64,000 nt of DNA from Monocercomonoides exilis PA203. Taxonomy: Eukaryota; Protista; Preaxostyla. Below, in pieces: positions 41,063 to 52,483 of the stretch. The stretch's first letter is position 1. Each line of letters starts with the position of its first letter. The notes beneath the pieces were generated by a model, which worked only from the letters and a program-made list of their open reading frames with translations, searched no databases and was not told the DNA's origin. A program made the position numbers and the translations under genes. The stretch covers positions 62,001 through 126,000 of the forward strand of contig LSRY02000027.1 in NCBI GenBank assembly GCA_001643675.2, read 5' to 3'.

Positions 41063-43725
41063 TTAGTTGTGTGACATTTCACTTGATGGCTGTGCAGGAA
41101 CGGAATTTAAAGGAAGGTGTGAAGCAGTTTGCTGTGCAAGTGAACGTGTTTGAGGAGGAGGAGGAGTCACTTCGTGTAATCCAAGAGATTCCTTTTCTTG
41201 TTGTGGTATTAATTTGAGTATTGAATTGAGAATGAGTGCGGATTCTCTTGCAAAGTCAATGGGGAATATTGACATGCAAGAATATCTAACTCTTGAATCT
41301 CCCTGGTAAGTGTCCTGTCTTGCTCGAATCCTCATTTCATATCTTAGGAACAGCCTTTCATTAATAGCAAGTTCATATCTCTCAGGTTCGTTGACCTGCA
41401 ACTGAGCCATGATTTCTGGCTTCTCTCCAATCAGCTCCTGTGCTTGGTTCCCGAACATGCTGACCCAAACACATCCTGTCGAGTCAGCCACATGTGAATT
41501 CACCAAATATCTTATCTGCGGCTGGAGTCCATCTTCTCCTTCCAGCACATCCGGATGCTTCGGACACGAGTTTCCAACAAGCTTTCTTCCGCATCCTTCT
41601 TTGGGACAAGCTGCGTATGTGATGTTGTCCTTCAGGAGATACACAGGCATCGCCAGCACGCTGAAAAGATCGTCTCTGCCTGGCTCTGTTCCTGCTCCTT
41701 CCGCCATCGCCTGCCGCAGCGTCGTGCGCGGAAGAGGCAGCCTGCCACCTGGTCCCATGCCTGTCCCAGGAAGCGCAGCAAACGCATTCGACGGGTTTCC
41801 ATCTCCCTCTTTGATGAGCTGCTCCAAGCTTTGTCGCCACCACAGGCGGAGCTGCTGGGGCAGTTGATGTCCTTCGTCATTCAGTTCGAATGTCGATCCA
41901 ATTCCAACAGTCAGCGTCTTCCCTTGGAACTCTCCCACACGCGCTGCCTTAATCGACAACGAATCACCGATGTTCGCAGACAGCTGCTCTGCTTCTTTTC
42001 CCCAAAATGTCACCTCAATCTTCTTCATCGAATGGTCTGCCACCCAAACAGATTTCTTTGAAAGTGGTGTCGATGACCTTTTTGACTGAATCGGTCTCAG
42101 CTCGTCTTCCTCAACGATAATCCCGCACACATCCACTGTGTTTCCAACAGCCACTTTCTCCAGCTGTGCAATGTTGTCTATGAAGTCCCACTTCATCATT
42201 AAGATGTGGGGGTCGTCGCCAAGAATCATCGCTTCTCCGCCTTCTCCGCTCACTTTGACGCGCTGCGAGGAGCCTTCTGTCGCAGGCAGCGGAACAACCA
42301 CAGAGTCTGTGTCAAGTGTTATCTCCACCTCAAAGCGGCAGAACTGTTTGTTGGCTGACCGCACACGCCCCTTGTGAATGAAGTATACTCCACCCTTTTG
42401 AATGATCGGGCCAAACTTGTCGACAGCGTCGTTGAACATCACAATACGCGTCTCTCCGCCGAACTCGTCGAGAATGTCGCACGAAAGCAGCTTTCCTTTC
42501 TCTTCTCTTTCCATCCCGTCGGAGTCTCGCTGCATCCGCCCTCTGCCTCCGCGGTTGAACTCTTTGATGTCTGGCCGCACAGTCACACGCGCCTTGATGC
42601 ACCAGTTCCGAGTGCTGTAGGGCGACAGCGAGGCAATTGGCATGACTTGTATTTGCCCAGTTTCTGTTGTCGGAAGCAATGAAAGCTGTCGAAGTGCCTC
42701 TGCATTTATAAAAAAACAAAGAGAAATAAATTGAAATATCACAAAAGAATGATTCAATAAGCAAAAATAACTCTAAATGAAATGTGAGTGAATCACACCA
42801 TCAATTTGTGGCTGAAATTGTGATTGAGGAGCTTGTTGAAGTTGTTGTTGTGGTTGAATCTGTGGTTGTGGTGGTTGCTGTTGATAGCTCTGAAGACGAG
42901 TTGCTGTTGGTTGGGGTGAAGCAGATGATTGTGGTAGCTGTGCCATTTGTCCTGATTGCTGTGCTTCAGATGGATTGAGGGCTAAAGGAGATGGATGAGG
43001 TGGAGAAGGAGCGGCTGTTTGAGGCTATATTTATAAAAAATAATAGTATCGCGTATGTTGACAATAAAAAATTAACGAAAAAGTTACTAAATTATAAATA
43101 CATACAGCGCCTGAAGTTGAAGCAGGACTCTCAGTCGTCTTTTTTGGCTTTCCATATCTGTCTGGGTTTCCAATTCTTTGAGGATAATTTTGTTGTACTA
43201 ATATGTAGTCTGATACAAAAACAGTTCTAGAACAATCGCAATATGCAATTAAATTAAAAAGCTTTTTTTGAATTCAATAAAAAATGAAAAAGCATACAAT
43301 TGACCCTGATAATTTCCAGGCGTAAAATGTGTGAGCTGAATGATAGAATACATTTTTAATGAATTTTTGATTAACTCTTCACTTTTGTCTCCAGAAATAA
43401 TTGCTGGAAGTACACTTACACCATCAGAAATGTAAAGTCTGAAATTTCGACAGATCAAAGGAATAATTATGTAAAATGAAAATAAATTTGACTTCTTACG
43501 AAGTGCATCAAACCTTATAGGCTTTTTCTCCCCGGGTTTGAGTTCTGGTGGATTTGAAACAACTACAGAGAGTTATAAAACATGTTTTTTCGAAATTTAA
43601 ATATGAAAAAGTTTTTCAAGCAATTTTAACTTCAAAAAGTTAAAAATATACAAACCTTGTAAAACAGGGTTATCAACTTTTAATTGATTTGCAATGCGAG
43701 GTATTGCATTCGAAGTTAAACTCAT
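41063..43725 (-). CDS. RPA1: Replication protein A 70-kDa subunit
   Basis: MSLTSNAI..PVLQ and RLYISDG (N-terminal OB fold), PIASLSPY..WCIKARV, VDVCGII, IEVTFWG, YAACPKEGCGRKL, ADSTGCVWVSMF. Several introns in the 5' part. Confidence 0.93.
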
Positions 43726-43939
43726 AATAGATCCAAAAATATTTAGTGTGGGTATGCACCAACTACTATTTAAAAAATTAATCCAACATATAAAATTCTT
43801 TTATAAGTCAAAAGGAAGTGAAAAAGAAGTGAAAAAGAAGTAGAGACAGTAGATTAAATTATTTCATCATAACAAACAAAATATTCACTCACATTTTTAA
43901 AGAAAATTTTTATTAAAGAAATATTATTTCAATTTAATT

Positions 43940-44943
43940 TTAGAAGAAAGCAACCGACTCTGTTGCCGGTTGTGAGGAATTCATTGGGCTGCCTTCAGCT
44001 GGAGCTCTTGACGTGACGGATTCCTTGTCTTTTATTCCCAACCCTGAACCGTACATGCTTGAATTTGCAGTTGCGACAAATGATGAATTGACAGTATTCG
44101 ATTTCGATGCGTGTGTATCATAAACTGCACCTTCTCCTGCTTTTGGATAGCTTTTTCCAATTTCTTCATCGTTCTTCAATCTTTTGAACAACTCGAACAT
44201 CAAAAATGAGCCTAAAACGCATGTAATGCTTTGCCAAAAGTATAATATCATCATGCTATTTCTTTGATACGTAGTAGTATATTCGCCAGCAAATGTCGAG
44301 ATCAGAGTTATGAATCGCACGAAATGATATACACAAATTAGACCTTATACAAGCAATATAGGGGAAATAACAAATGTTACTGAAAAGAAGAACATTATAT
44401 GCAGCAAACTTTGTGCTAAGAAAAAGTGTTTCTTCTTTGCCAACAATCCTATGAGACACAAAATACTTCCGGCAGCTGGAAACAGAAAATATAGAAAGAT
44501 AAAAGAAAGATTAATGTATATTTATTCAAAATATTGGGAAGTGTACAAACAATAAACGATAAAGATGATAAGATCTGCTGTTTGAGTAAAGTGATAGTAA
44601 GATGGATACATTGCTGAAGAAATGATATTAAACACAAGCAGCCATATTGCTTTTTGATATTAAATATTGTTAAAATTATAAAAAGAAGAGATCTAATGAA
44701 AAGCAAAGCACACTATAAACGCCTGTTGCGATCGCTTCAATCATCTTTCCGATGCCAAGCCATTTTGGTGTTGTTTCATATTTTTTGAATGCGATAATGT
44801 AAAAAATCATCACAGCGACACATGCGAGGTACAAAAGCATTTCCATAACTGCATCTGCCGTTAGAATTCCTTCCAACTATCATCAAATAATCATTATTTC
44901 AATTAATTATTTTTTGTTATCACACCTCTTTAATCGAAATCAT
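43940..44943 (-). CDS. Multi-exon multi-pass membrane protein, function unknown
   Basis: Hydrophobic exons (MLLYLACVAVMIFYIIAF; MMILYFWQSITCVLGSFLMF) with a polar C-terminal tail. Confidence 0.55.
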
Positions 44944-45259
44944 CGATAAAAGTTTAACTCTGAAAAATATGCAAACAAAATAAGATTTGCAATTTACATG
45001 AAATATACGTTAAATGGAAAAAAATATAAGAAGGTCAGAAAATTATAATAATAAATTAATGAATGAACAAAGAGTTCTAATAACAACATCATACAATCCA
45101 CAAATGACTATATTATGGCATAAATGATCTCAAGGTTTTTTGAAAATAAATAAAATTGAATATTAATGGCTAATAATTATCAAATTATTCATTTCTGATG
45201 TTATTTTGAAAAACCATTACAAAATTTAAGTGTCTGGTTCATTGAATATTGAAAAGTTC

Positions 45260-48200
45260 ATGAGTAAAACTGATATAAGTGGAGCTGTTCCACAAACAGT
45301 AAAAAGACCAATGTGCTTTAGGCCAACGTCTTGTAAAAGTCAAGTTGAATGCTATTTACATCGAGGGATTGCGTCTTCTGTGTGTATTCTAAATATTTTA
45401 TCGTTTATTGTTGTTGTTTTGGCTTTACAATTTTTGATAAAAGGCAACTGAATTAAACAAGGATTTTAAGTGTGTTAAAAGAAGATTTACAGTAAATGAA
45501 GCAATACGTGAAGCACAAAGATGCCTTAAATGTGTCGATTCTCCATGCCAGGCTTCATGTCCAACTCAGCTTGATATCAGAACATTTAATCATGCCATCT
45601 CCGAGGGTAATTTTTATCTTGCTGCAAAAATTCTTTTTACGCATAATCCTCTTGCATGGACATGTGGACTCCTTTGCCCAAATTTTGATGGATGTAGAGG
45701 CTCATGCTCCCTGACAGATACTGCAATTGGACCTTTGGATATTGGAGAGCTTCATTGCGTTGCTTGTGAAGCTTTCATGAGGATGAATCTTCCTCAAATT
45801 AGAGATCCATCAATAATTTCACAACCATATCACAAAGCAAAGATTGCTTTGATTGGAGCAGGGCCGGCTTCGTTATCATGTGCAACTTACTTGGCAAGAT
45901 TGGGCTACACAGAAATTACAATATTTGAGAAGACAGAATCTCCTGGTGGAACGCCGTTAAATGAGATTCCTGAATTTCGTATTCCTTCATATGTCACAAA
46001 ATTTGAGGTGAAACTTCTTCAAGATTTAGGTGTAAATTTTAAATTTGGTAAAGTATTTGGAAAAGACATTACTGTGCATTCCCTTAAATCAGAAGGATTT
46101 GATGTTATTTTTATTGGAATCGGTTTGCCTGAAGCACAGATGATGAATCCATTTACAACTCATTTGGATGCTTGCAATCTTTGGAACAGCAAAACGTTTC
46201 TTGGTGCAGTTGCAACAGCATCAAAGCCTGATCTTGCTAAAAAAACAGCCTTGGATCTTCCAAATTTGAAAGGACATGTTGTTGTGTGTGGAGCCGGAGA
46301 TGTTGCAGCTGATTGCTGCCAAGCTGCATATCGATGTGGAGCTGATGCTGTGTCTATTGTATTCAGAAGAGGAACAGTGGATATGCGGATGAATCCAGAT
46401 GAAATAGACAGGCTGAGAAGTGCAAAGGTGGAGTTTGTGCCATGCTGCTCTCCGGTTGACATTATAATGGACGAGTCTGGCCAAAAGGCGAGTGGATTAG
46501 TCTGCGAAGTGATGAGGAAAATTCCAGGAACTGAGAAATATGAAAAAGACAACGACCAAAAGCGGATCATCTTCTGCGACCATCTTATCTCTGCTTTTGG
46601 GTCAACTTTAGGAATGGTTCCTGATTCATCGTTCGAGAAGATGCTGAAAGGTGGAAGAATAGAAATTAATCCAGAAACTGGTGAGACTTCAGTTGAAGGA
46701 GTCTTTGCAGGTGGAGATTGTGTCGGTTCAGGAACAATTGTTGCTGCTGTGAATGATGGAAAAATTGCTGCATGGGGTATCCATCGTCGGTTGGCACAGC
46801 TGATAAGTGACATTTCTGTGCCTATTCAACCAACTGAAGTGCCTTCTTTCATGACACAAGTCGATCTTGTAGATACTTCTGTTGATGTTGGAGGACTTCA
46901 ATTACTAAATCCATTTGGCATTGCAGCTGGCCCTTCAACTGAATGTGCTCCAATGATCAAACGTGCATTCAAAGCAGGATTTGGTTTTGCAATAACCAAA
47001 ACTATTCTAGCTGAAGGTGACGAAGAGGGAGAGGTTGAACGAGGAGAAGGGAGTGGGAATCGATGGAGGGTTGAAAACAGAACACCACGAATAGCAGGCG
47101 ATGTTGACAGTGAAACATATATGAACATTGAACTCGAATCTGAGCGCACTATCAAATATTGGGAAACGGAAATACCGAAAATAAAAGCTGAGTATCCAAA
47201 GCACATTTTGATCGCATCAATTCGCTCAAAAGGAAGTGTTGCCAGTTGGATTTCTTTGGCTCAGCGGATGGAGGCAGCTGGTGTTGATGCCCTTCAACTA
47301 AACATCCACCCGTCTTCATCTCCATCTCTGCGCGGCAAGCCGCTTCCTTCTCTCATCATGGACATCCTGAATGCTTTGCACTATGCTGTTTCGATTCCTC
47401 TCTTTCCTAAGATCGGTTGTGGGGCAGTTGGTGGTGGAGGTGCTGAATCTCCCATTATGCCGCTTGCAAAGGCGTGTATCTACGGTTCGGCAGATGGGAT
47501 TGCAGCTGTGCACAGCATGGCAGCAATGCCTCCTCTTTTCGCAGACGGCGAACCTTTGCTGAATGTTGGTGGTAGCACCACATTTGCCTCTTTGACTGGA
47601 AGAGGGATGAGGCCATTTGCACTGGCGTCAATTGCCACTATTGCATCACAGTTTCCGTTTGCGCAGATAATTGCATCTGGTGGTGCTGAGAACTCTCTGA
47701 GCGCATGGCAGTTCATTCAGTGCGGTGCACGGGCTGTATCGTTCAGCTCAGCAATCTTTTCCAGAGGCTTTTCGCTTCTCATTTCTGAATTGCTGCCCGG
47801 ACTGCGCTGGCTGCTGTATGCACGCGGTGACTCTGAGATGAGACTGTGGAAGTCTTTTGTGCCTCCAGCGCTTTTTGATGAAGAACGGAAATTCTGCAGC
47901 AGACGTACATTCGGACCTTTTGCAAAGGAGATGAAAAAAACAGAAATTGAGGCAGTTCTGGCTGCTCCTCTTCCTGTGGAATATCCAGAATACGACAAAT
48001 ACTTGCAATCTTCAAAAGTGAAAGACCAATATGAAGAGACTGCATCTTCATCAAATTCTGCTTCTGCTTCTGCTTCATCTTCCTCATCCAGCTCATCCGC
48101 ATTGTCCACTTCATCCATTCCATCTGTGAGAGAATCCCTCCCATCCACTTCATCATCTGTTGACGGTGTTGTGTCCTCTTGTCTTGCTTCTCTTGTGCCA

Positions 48201-48419
48201 TACTCCTCTCTCAGCCCAGCTATCAAAGTCATCTCAACCATCGATACAGACATGTGCCTTGGATGTGGACGGTGTCAAGTTGCATGTTTTGATGCAGGCT
48301 ATGCGTGCATCGTGTTTGACAAGACCACTCGACTGCCAAAAGTCACTCCAATGTGCCATGGATGCGGATTGTGTGCTTCGGTGTGCCCTGCAAAATGTAT
48401 CCAGATGAAAGCAAAGTAG
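45260..48419 (+). CDS. DPYD: Dihydropyrimidine dehydrogenase-like Fe-S flavoprotein (GltD-like + DHOD-like + ferredoxin domains)
   Basis: EAQRCLKCVDSPCQASCP, NPLAWTCGLLCP, IGAGPASLSCATYLARLGY, GAGDVAADC, GVFAGGD, NPFGIAAGP, FAITKT, NIELES, CLGCGRCQVAC and CHGCGLCASVCP. Intron at ~45380-45492. Start uncertain. Confidence 0.88.
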
Positions 48420-48936
48420 AACTCTTCAATCAATTCATTTTCTATGTATATCACATCACAAGTTAAAAAGCTGTTTATGCATTTCATTTTCTGTTGTGTT
48501 GCTGCATTTTTGTTCTCCATCGGACAAAGTCACATCATCTTCATACATTTACAAAGTTTTTTATTCTTTTTGGAGCACAAGATAAAAAACCATGAAAAAT
48601 AGAAAAGAAAACGAAAGATAGAATAACTGCAATAAAACAATTTTTGAAATAAAAATTAAACTTAATAAAATAAAATTTTATAAAAAACACCTCAATGATA
48701 ATAATTAATGCTAACAAACAAAAACAAGCCATTTATCAGAAAATAAAAGCAAAAATTATAAAAACTAATTCTTTTAACAAAAATAAAATGAAATCATCAA
48801 ATTCCATTCTACACTCATTAGATTTTGAAAGTTTTAGTTGCTATTGCGCTGATGATAGAATGAAGATTCTGCATATATTATCAAAGAAAAAGATAATATT
48901 AGTCAAGAATAAACGTCAATATTATTCTCTATTTCA

Positions 48937-51232
48937 TCAAAACACAGCAAATGAAAATAAAAAATCTTCACAATTATTCACTCCTTGTATTCTCTCACAA
49001 AACATTTTGCACACTTTTTTTGTTACTGAGACCACACTTGCAAGCTCATGAGCGTTTTCTTCTGTAACTCTATTTTGTATTAATCTTTCTATTTCTTTCG
49101 CTTCTGCCTCCAAATCTCTCAAATTAAATTCCAGAAGATCTTTCTCGTTGAACGAGTAAAGGAAGAACACCAATATGCACGAATACTTCAGAACAGAGAG
49201 AGAATGAAGCAAAAGTGATTGTGCTTCAGAGATCACGCTTGATGTTGATGATGCTGCTTTGCTGCTGGAGCTTGGTGCTAACTGTAACCCAGTTTGATTA
49301 TATTTCATTGTGCCTTTCACTCGCGTTAACCATTCACTAAATTTCAATTGTTTGTCTACCAAACTCTGATTGAAGTCTAAGCGAAGATCTTCACCTCGAA
49401 ACGCATTCAACTCTTCTTGTGTTAGAGGACGACAATTCTCAACTCCTTGGTTTTTTGTGTTATTTATTCAGCAATTTTAATTGAGTACCAGTAAATTAAA
49501 TGTTGCAACAAAATAAATTTTATTAACAGTTTTGAAGCAACGAATCAATAAAGAAAGATTAAAAGAATTCAAATGTTAAGTAAAACTTGCTTTTATGTTT
49601 CCAACATTATAAACAGCAGCAAACTGTGCGTTAAATAATCTCCAAGACAAATCCAGCAGAATTGGTGTTTGCATTGTGAGCAGGTCATGTGGTTACATCC
49701 CTGATTCTTTTGAATTGGCTTTTTACATCTGACAACAGCAAATTGTGCATTGAAAGAGGTCAATATAGAAATATGAATAATTATTTTCGGAAGATAAAAA
49801 TAAAAATTGGTTAAAAAAGAAAAATGTTATGCATCATGAAATTTAGTAACAATTCATAAAAAGGACAAATTGCTTATTCATTATGCATTTCCAAAATTGA
49901 AACTTTGTCATTCATTAAAGTATAAAACACAAAATTTCAGAAAAAAACTGTTATTCATACTTTGGACAAGGTTTAGTATTGTGATAGATCCATGTTGAAG
50001 ACATAGCTTCACCGCTTGTCGCAATGTTCCACTTTTCGATCATTTCGCACGTGGCTGGGAAATGTGCTTCTTTGCCACATTTGAAACTGAGATTCATTCA
50101 AAATCACAGATAAATTAAAGAATACAATGTTCAACATATTTCAAAAAGTATTGGTTGTTTGAGTTAATAACAAGTTCATAAAATAATGCGATAAAAAAAT
50201 AACATCTATGAAAATAATGATGTACAGGACAGCACACCAATATATTGTGCCACAACGACAAGTGACATCTTCATCGAACGATTCCTTGACAGCCACCCAT
50301 TCGCAGTTTGGTGATGGACACCATCTCATTTTTGGCTGCTCATCAATAAAAGAGTTCTGAAGGTGCATCCAATATGTTGATTCTGATTTAGCTTTCGTAT
50401 TACCAAAAAACAAACAGAAATAAGTTCAAAATGTTACCAAAACATATAACAAAAATGAAAAATAAAAAGTGGTTCACACATTTTCAAATTAAACAACTTG
50501 TTATGTGTTTCAACAAAATTTAAAAAAGTACAATGGAGAATATTTTCTAGCATACAATTCAATAATTTTGTAAACAAGCTTGGATAAACTCTAATTTTGC
50601 AACTTCCTTCGGGGCATGAAGTGATGAGGCAAGATTTTCCTTGAGATATACGACTTTTCAAATATGATTCCATACAAGATATGCAAAATGTGTGTTGACA
50701 TGGAAGTCTACATTCTTTTGAAAAAACCAATATGTGATGAATCTTTTGTTTTCTCATTAAAAAGCAAACCTTCTCCAGATGTTATAGTTTCGTAACATAT
50801 TTCGCATACGCTTTCCTCTTCAGATAAATCTTTTGCTTTTTTTGGAAACGGCATAACCCCACATGACGAAAAGCATTTTCGTGGTTGATCAGTAAGATCA
50901 TTAAGAAGTTTATCTTTGTTCCATCTTTATATGAGTGTAATTCTAATTTAACTATAAAATGTTGGAACTATTTTATCAAACCTATATTGGATTAGCATCA
51001 GTAAAATTTCATCTTGATTTTTATCAAGAATTTTTGACAAAATATTTACTTGCTCCAAAATTTGTTTTTGAATATCATTTCTTTTTATGAATTTGTATGT
51101 GGCTAATTCTTGTTGAGTTTCAATGATTTTTTCTGAAGGTTCAGTTTCAAATTCTTCTTCTTCTTCTTCATATTCCAAAATAATTTCATATTCTGTCGAG
51201 TCATCCTCACAACAGTTTTCAGAACTAATCAT
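48937..51232 (-). CDS. ARIH1: Ariadne-family RBR (RING1-IBR-RING2) E3 ubiquitin ligase
   Basis: Acidic N-terminus; RING1 [21 protein letters not shown]; [27 protein letters not shown]; RING2 [32 protein letters not shown]. Confidence 0.87.
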
Positions 51233-51420
51233 AACTTTTTCCGTAATATCTAATTCAGTAATAACCTGAGGAAAAAAAATGATACAAGACAACAAAATCA
51301 AAATTAATTTTATTATGGAAAAATGAATCATCTTTTCATTTGTTCAATTTCTTAATCAGCCGATAAAAAACAATTCTTCCCTATACGAAAGACCAAAAAA
51401 AAAGTTCATTGCCAAAAGTT

Positions 51421-51425
51421 AAAAA
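51421..51425 (-). terminator. RNA polymerase III T5 terminator of tRNA-Pro
   Basis: TTTTT on the minus strand, a few nt after the tRNA 3' end. Confidence 0.6.
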
Positions 51426-51429
51426 CAGC

Positions 51430-51501
51430 GGGCTTGTCCGGGAATCGAACCCGGGACCTCTTGCACCCTAAGCAAGAATCATACCACTAGACCAACAAGC
51501 C
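51430..51501 (-). tRNA. tRNA-Pro(AGG): tRNA-Pro (anticodon AGG)
   Basis: GGCTTGTTGGTCTAGTGGTATGATTCTTGCTTAGGGTGCAAGAGGTCCCGGGTTCGATTCCCGGACAAGCCC. Acceptor stem GGCTTGT/ACAAGCC, A and B boxes, anticodon arm CTTGC-TTAGGGT-GCAAG. Confidence 0.97.
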
Positions 51502-51511
51502 GATGGATAGT

Positions 51512-52480
51512 AGAACTTGTTCGAATTTTCCCTGCCGCACCAAATTGATTGAAGAAATTCGAATTTAGTCTGACTTTTTGAATGTGACTCAATCTCATCG
51601 TATGTTCCTAAATCTCTTTATGGTCGAAATAGTTATTTTTTTGATCACAACTTTTGATCACACATTTTTTTCTGTTTTCCTTTCTAATACTACTAGAACA
51701 TATTCGTCGTTGATATTTTGATATATTGTAGTGTTATTAATAATTTTCGCATGTGCAACCGATTTATTAATTATTTTCAAGTTTGATTCAGTTTTTTTGT
51801 AAACTTGTTGTTTCGGTTTTTTGTGTTAACAAGTTTTATTTTTAAAGTTAATCAAACTGTAATCAATTCCCATTTACATGTCAAAAGAATTTATAATCTA
51901 AAAACTGATGAGTTTTTGATTTTTGTTAAGATTCGACGATTTTTTGGTTTTCATTGTTGTTGTTTGTTATTAATTCAACACTTTAAAGAAATTTTTTATA
52001 TTTTTGATAATAAATTAAATGAAAAATCAATGTTTAATTTTGTTTTTTGTTATTTTATTCTTTTTCAACTTTTTTTCAGGAATTATAAAAAACAACAAAC
52101 ACTTAAAGAAAAAAGAAAATGTGAAATGAAACACTCGAAAACGAATCAATATTATGCAATAATGTTGTTTTTATGAAAAAATTTAAATTATTTCATTTTC
52201 CTCAAATGTTTTTTTATGATTTTGTTATTTTCAAAAAGTTTCAGCAAAATAAATATCTAAACATTTTTTCATTTTGTTATAAATACAAATTAATAAAAAA
52301 GTGTTTCATTTTTATAATAAATAAATCAATAAACTTTAATCGATCACAACTCCCAGAATAATAAGAAATGAATGTGATTTAATCATATCGGTACTGAGTC
52401 AATCTTATTGGAACGAGATCGTTCTCGTACTAATAAGTGAAAGTTAATGCGATATAACTCAGTGAATTCGAATAAGTTCT
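51512..52480. mobile_element. Array unit 0: non-autonomous element, 969 bp, 16-bp TIRs, flanked by AGT on both sides
   Basis: Left end AGAACTTGTTCGAATT; right end reverse complement AGAACTTATTCGAATT (15/16 match). AGT at 51509-51511 and 52481-52483. No credible ORF. Confidence 0.85.
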
Positions 52481-52483
52481 AGT

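Noticed and set aside
11619-43725. Clustering of MUS81, Dicer, RAD5-like and RPA1 near the transposon array as a functional island
   Set aside because: They are interspersed with unrelated housekeeping genes and show no shared regulatory signal. Likely chance in a gene-dense genome.
51483-51494. Similarity of the junction GTTCTAGTAG to the tRNA A-box GGTCTAGTGG (Dada-like insertion inside the tRNA)
   Set aside because: The similarity is on the opposite strand, the tRNA is uninterrupted, and no tRNA fragments occur at the junctions.
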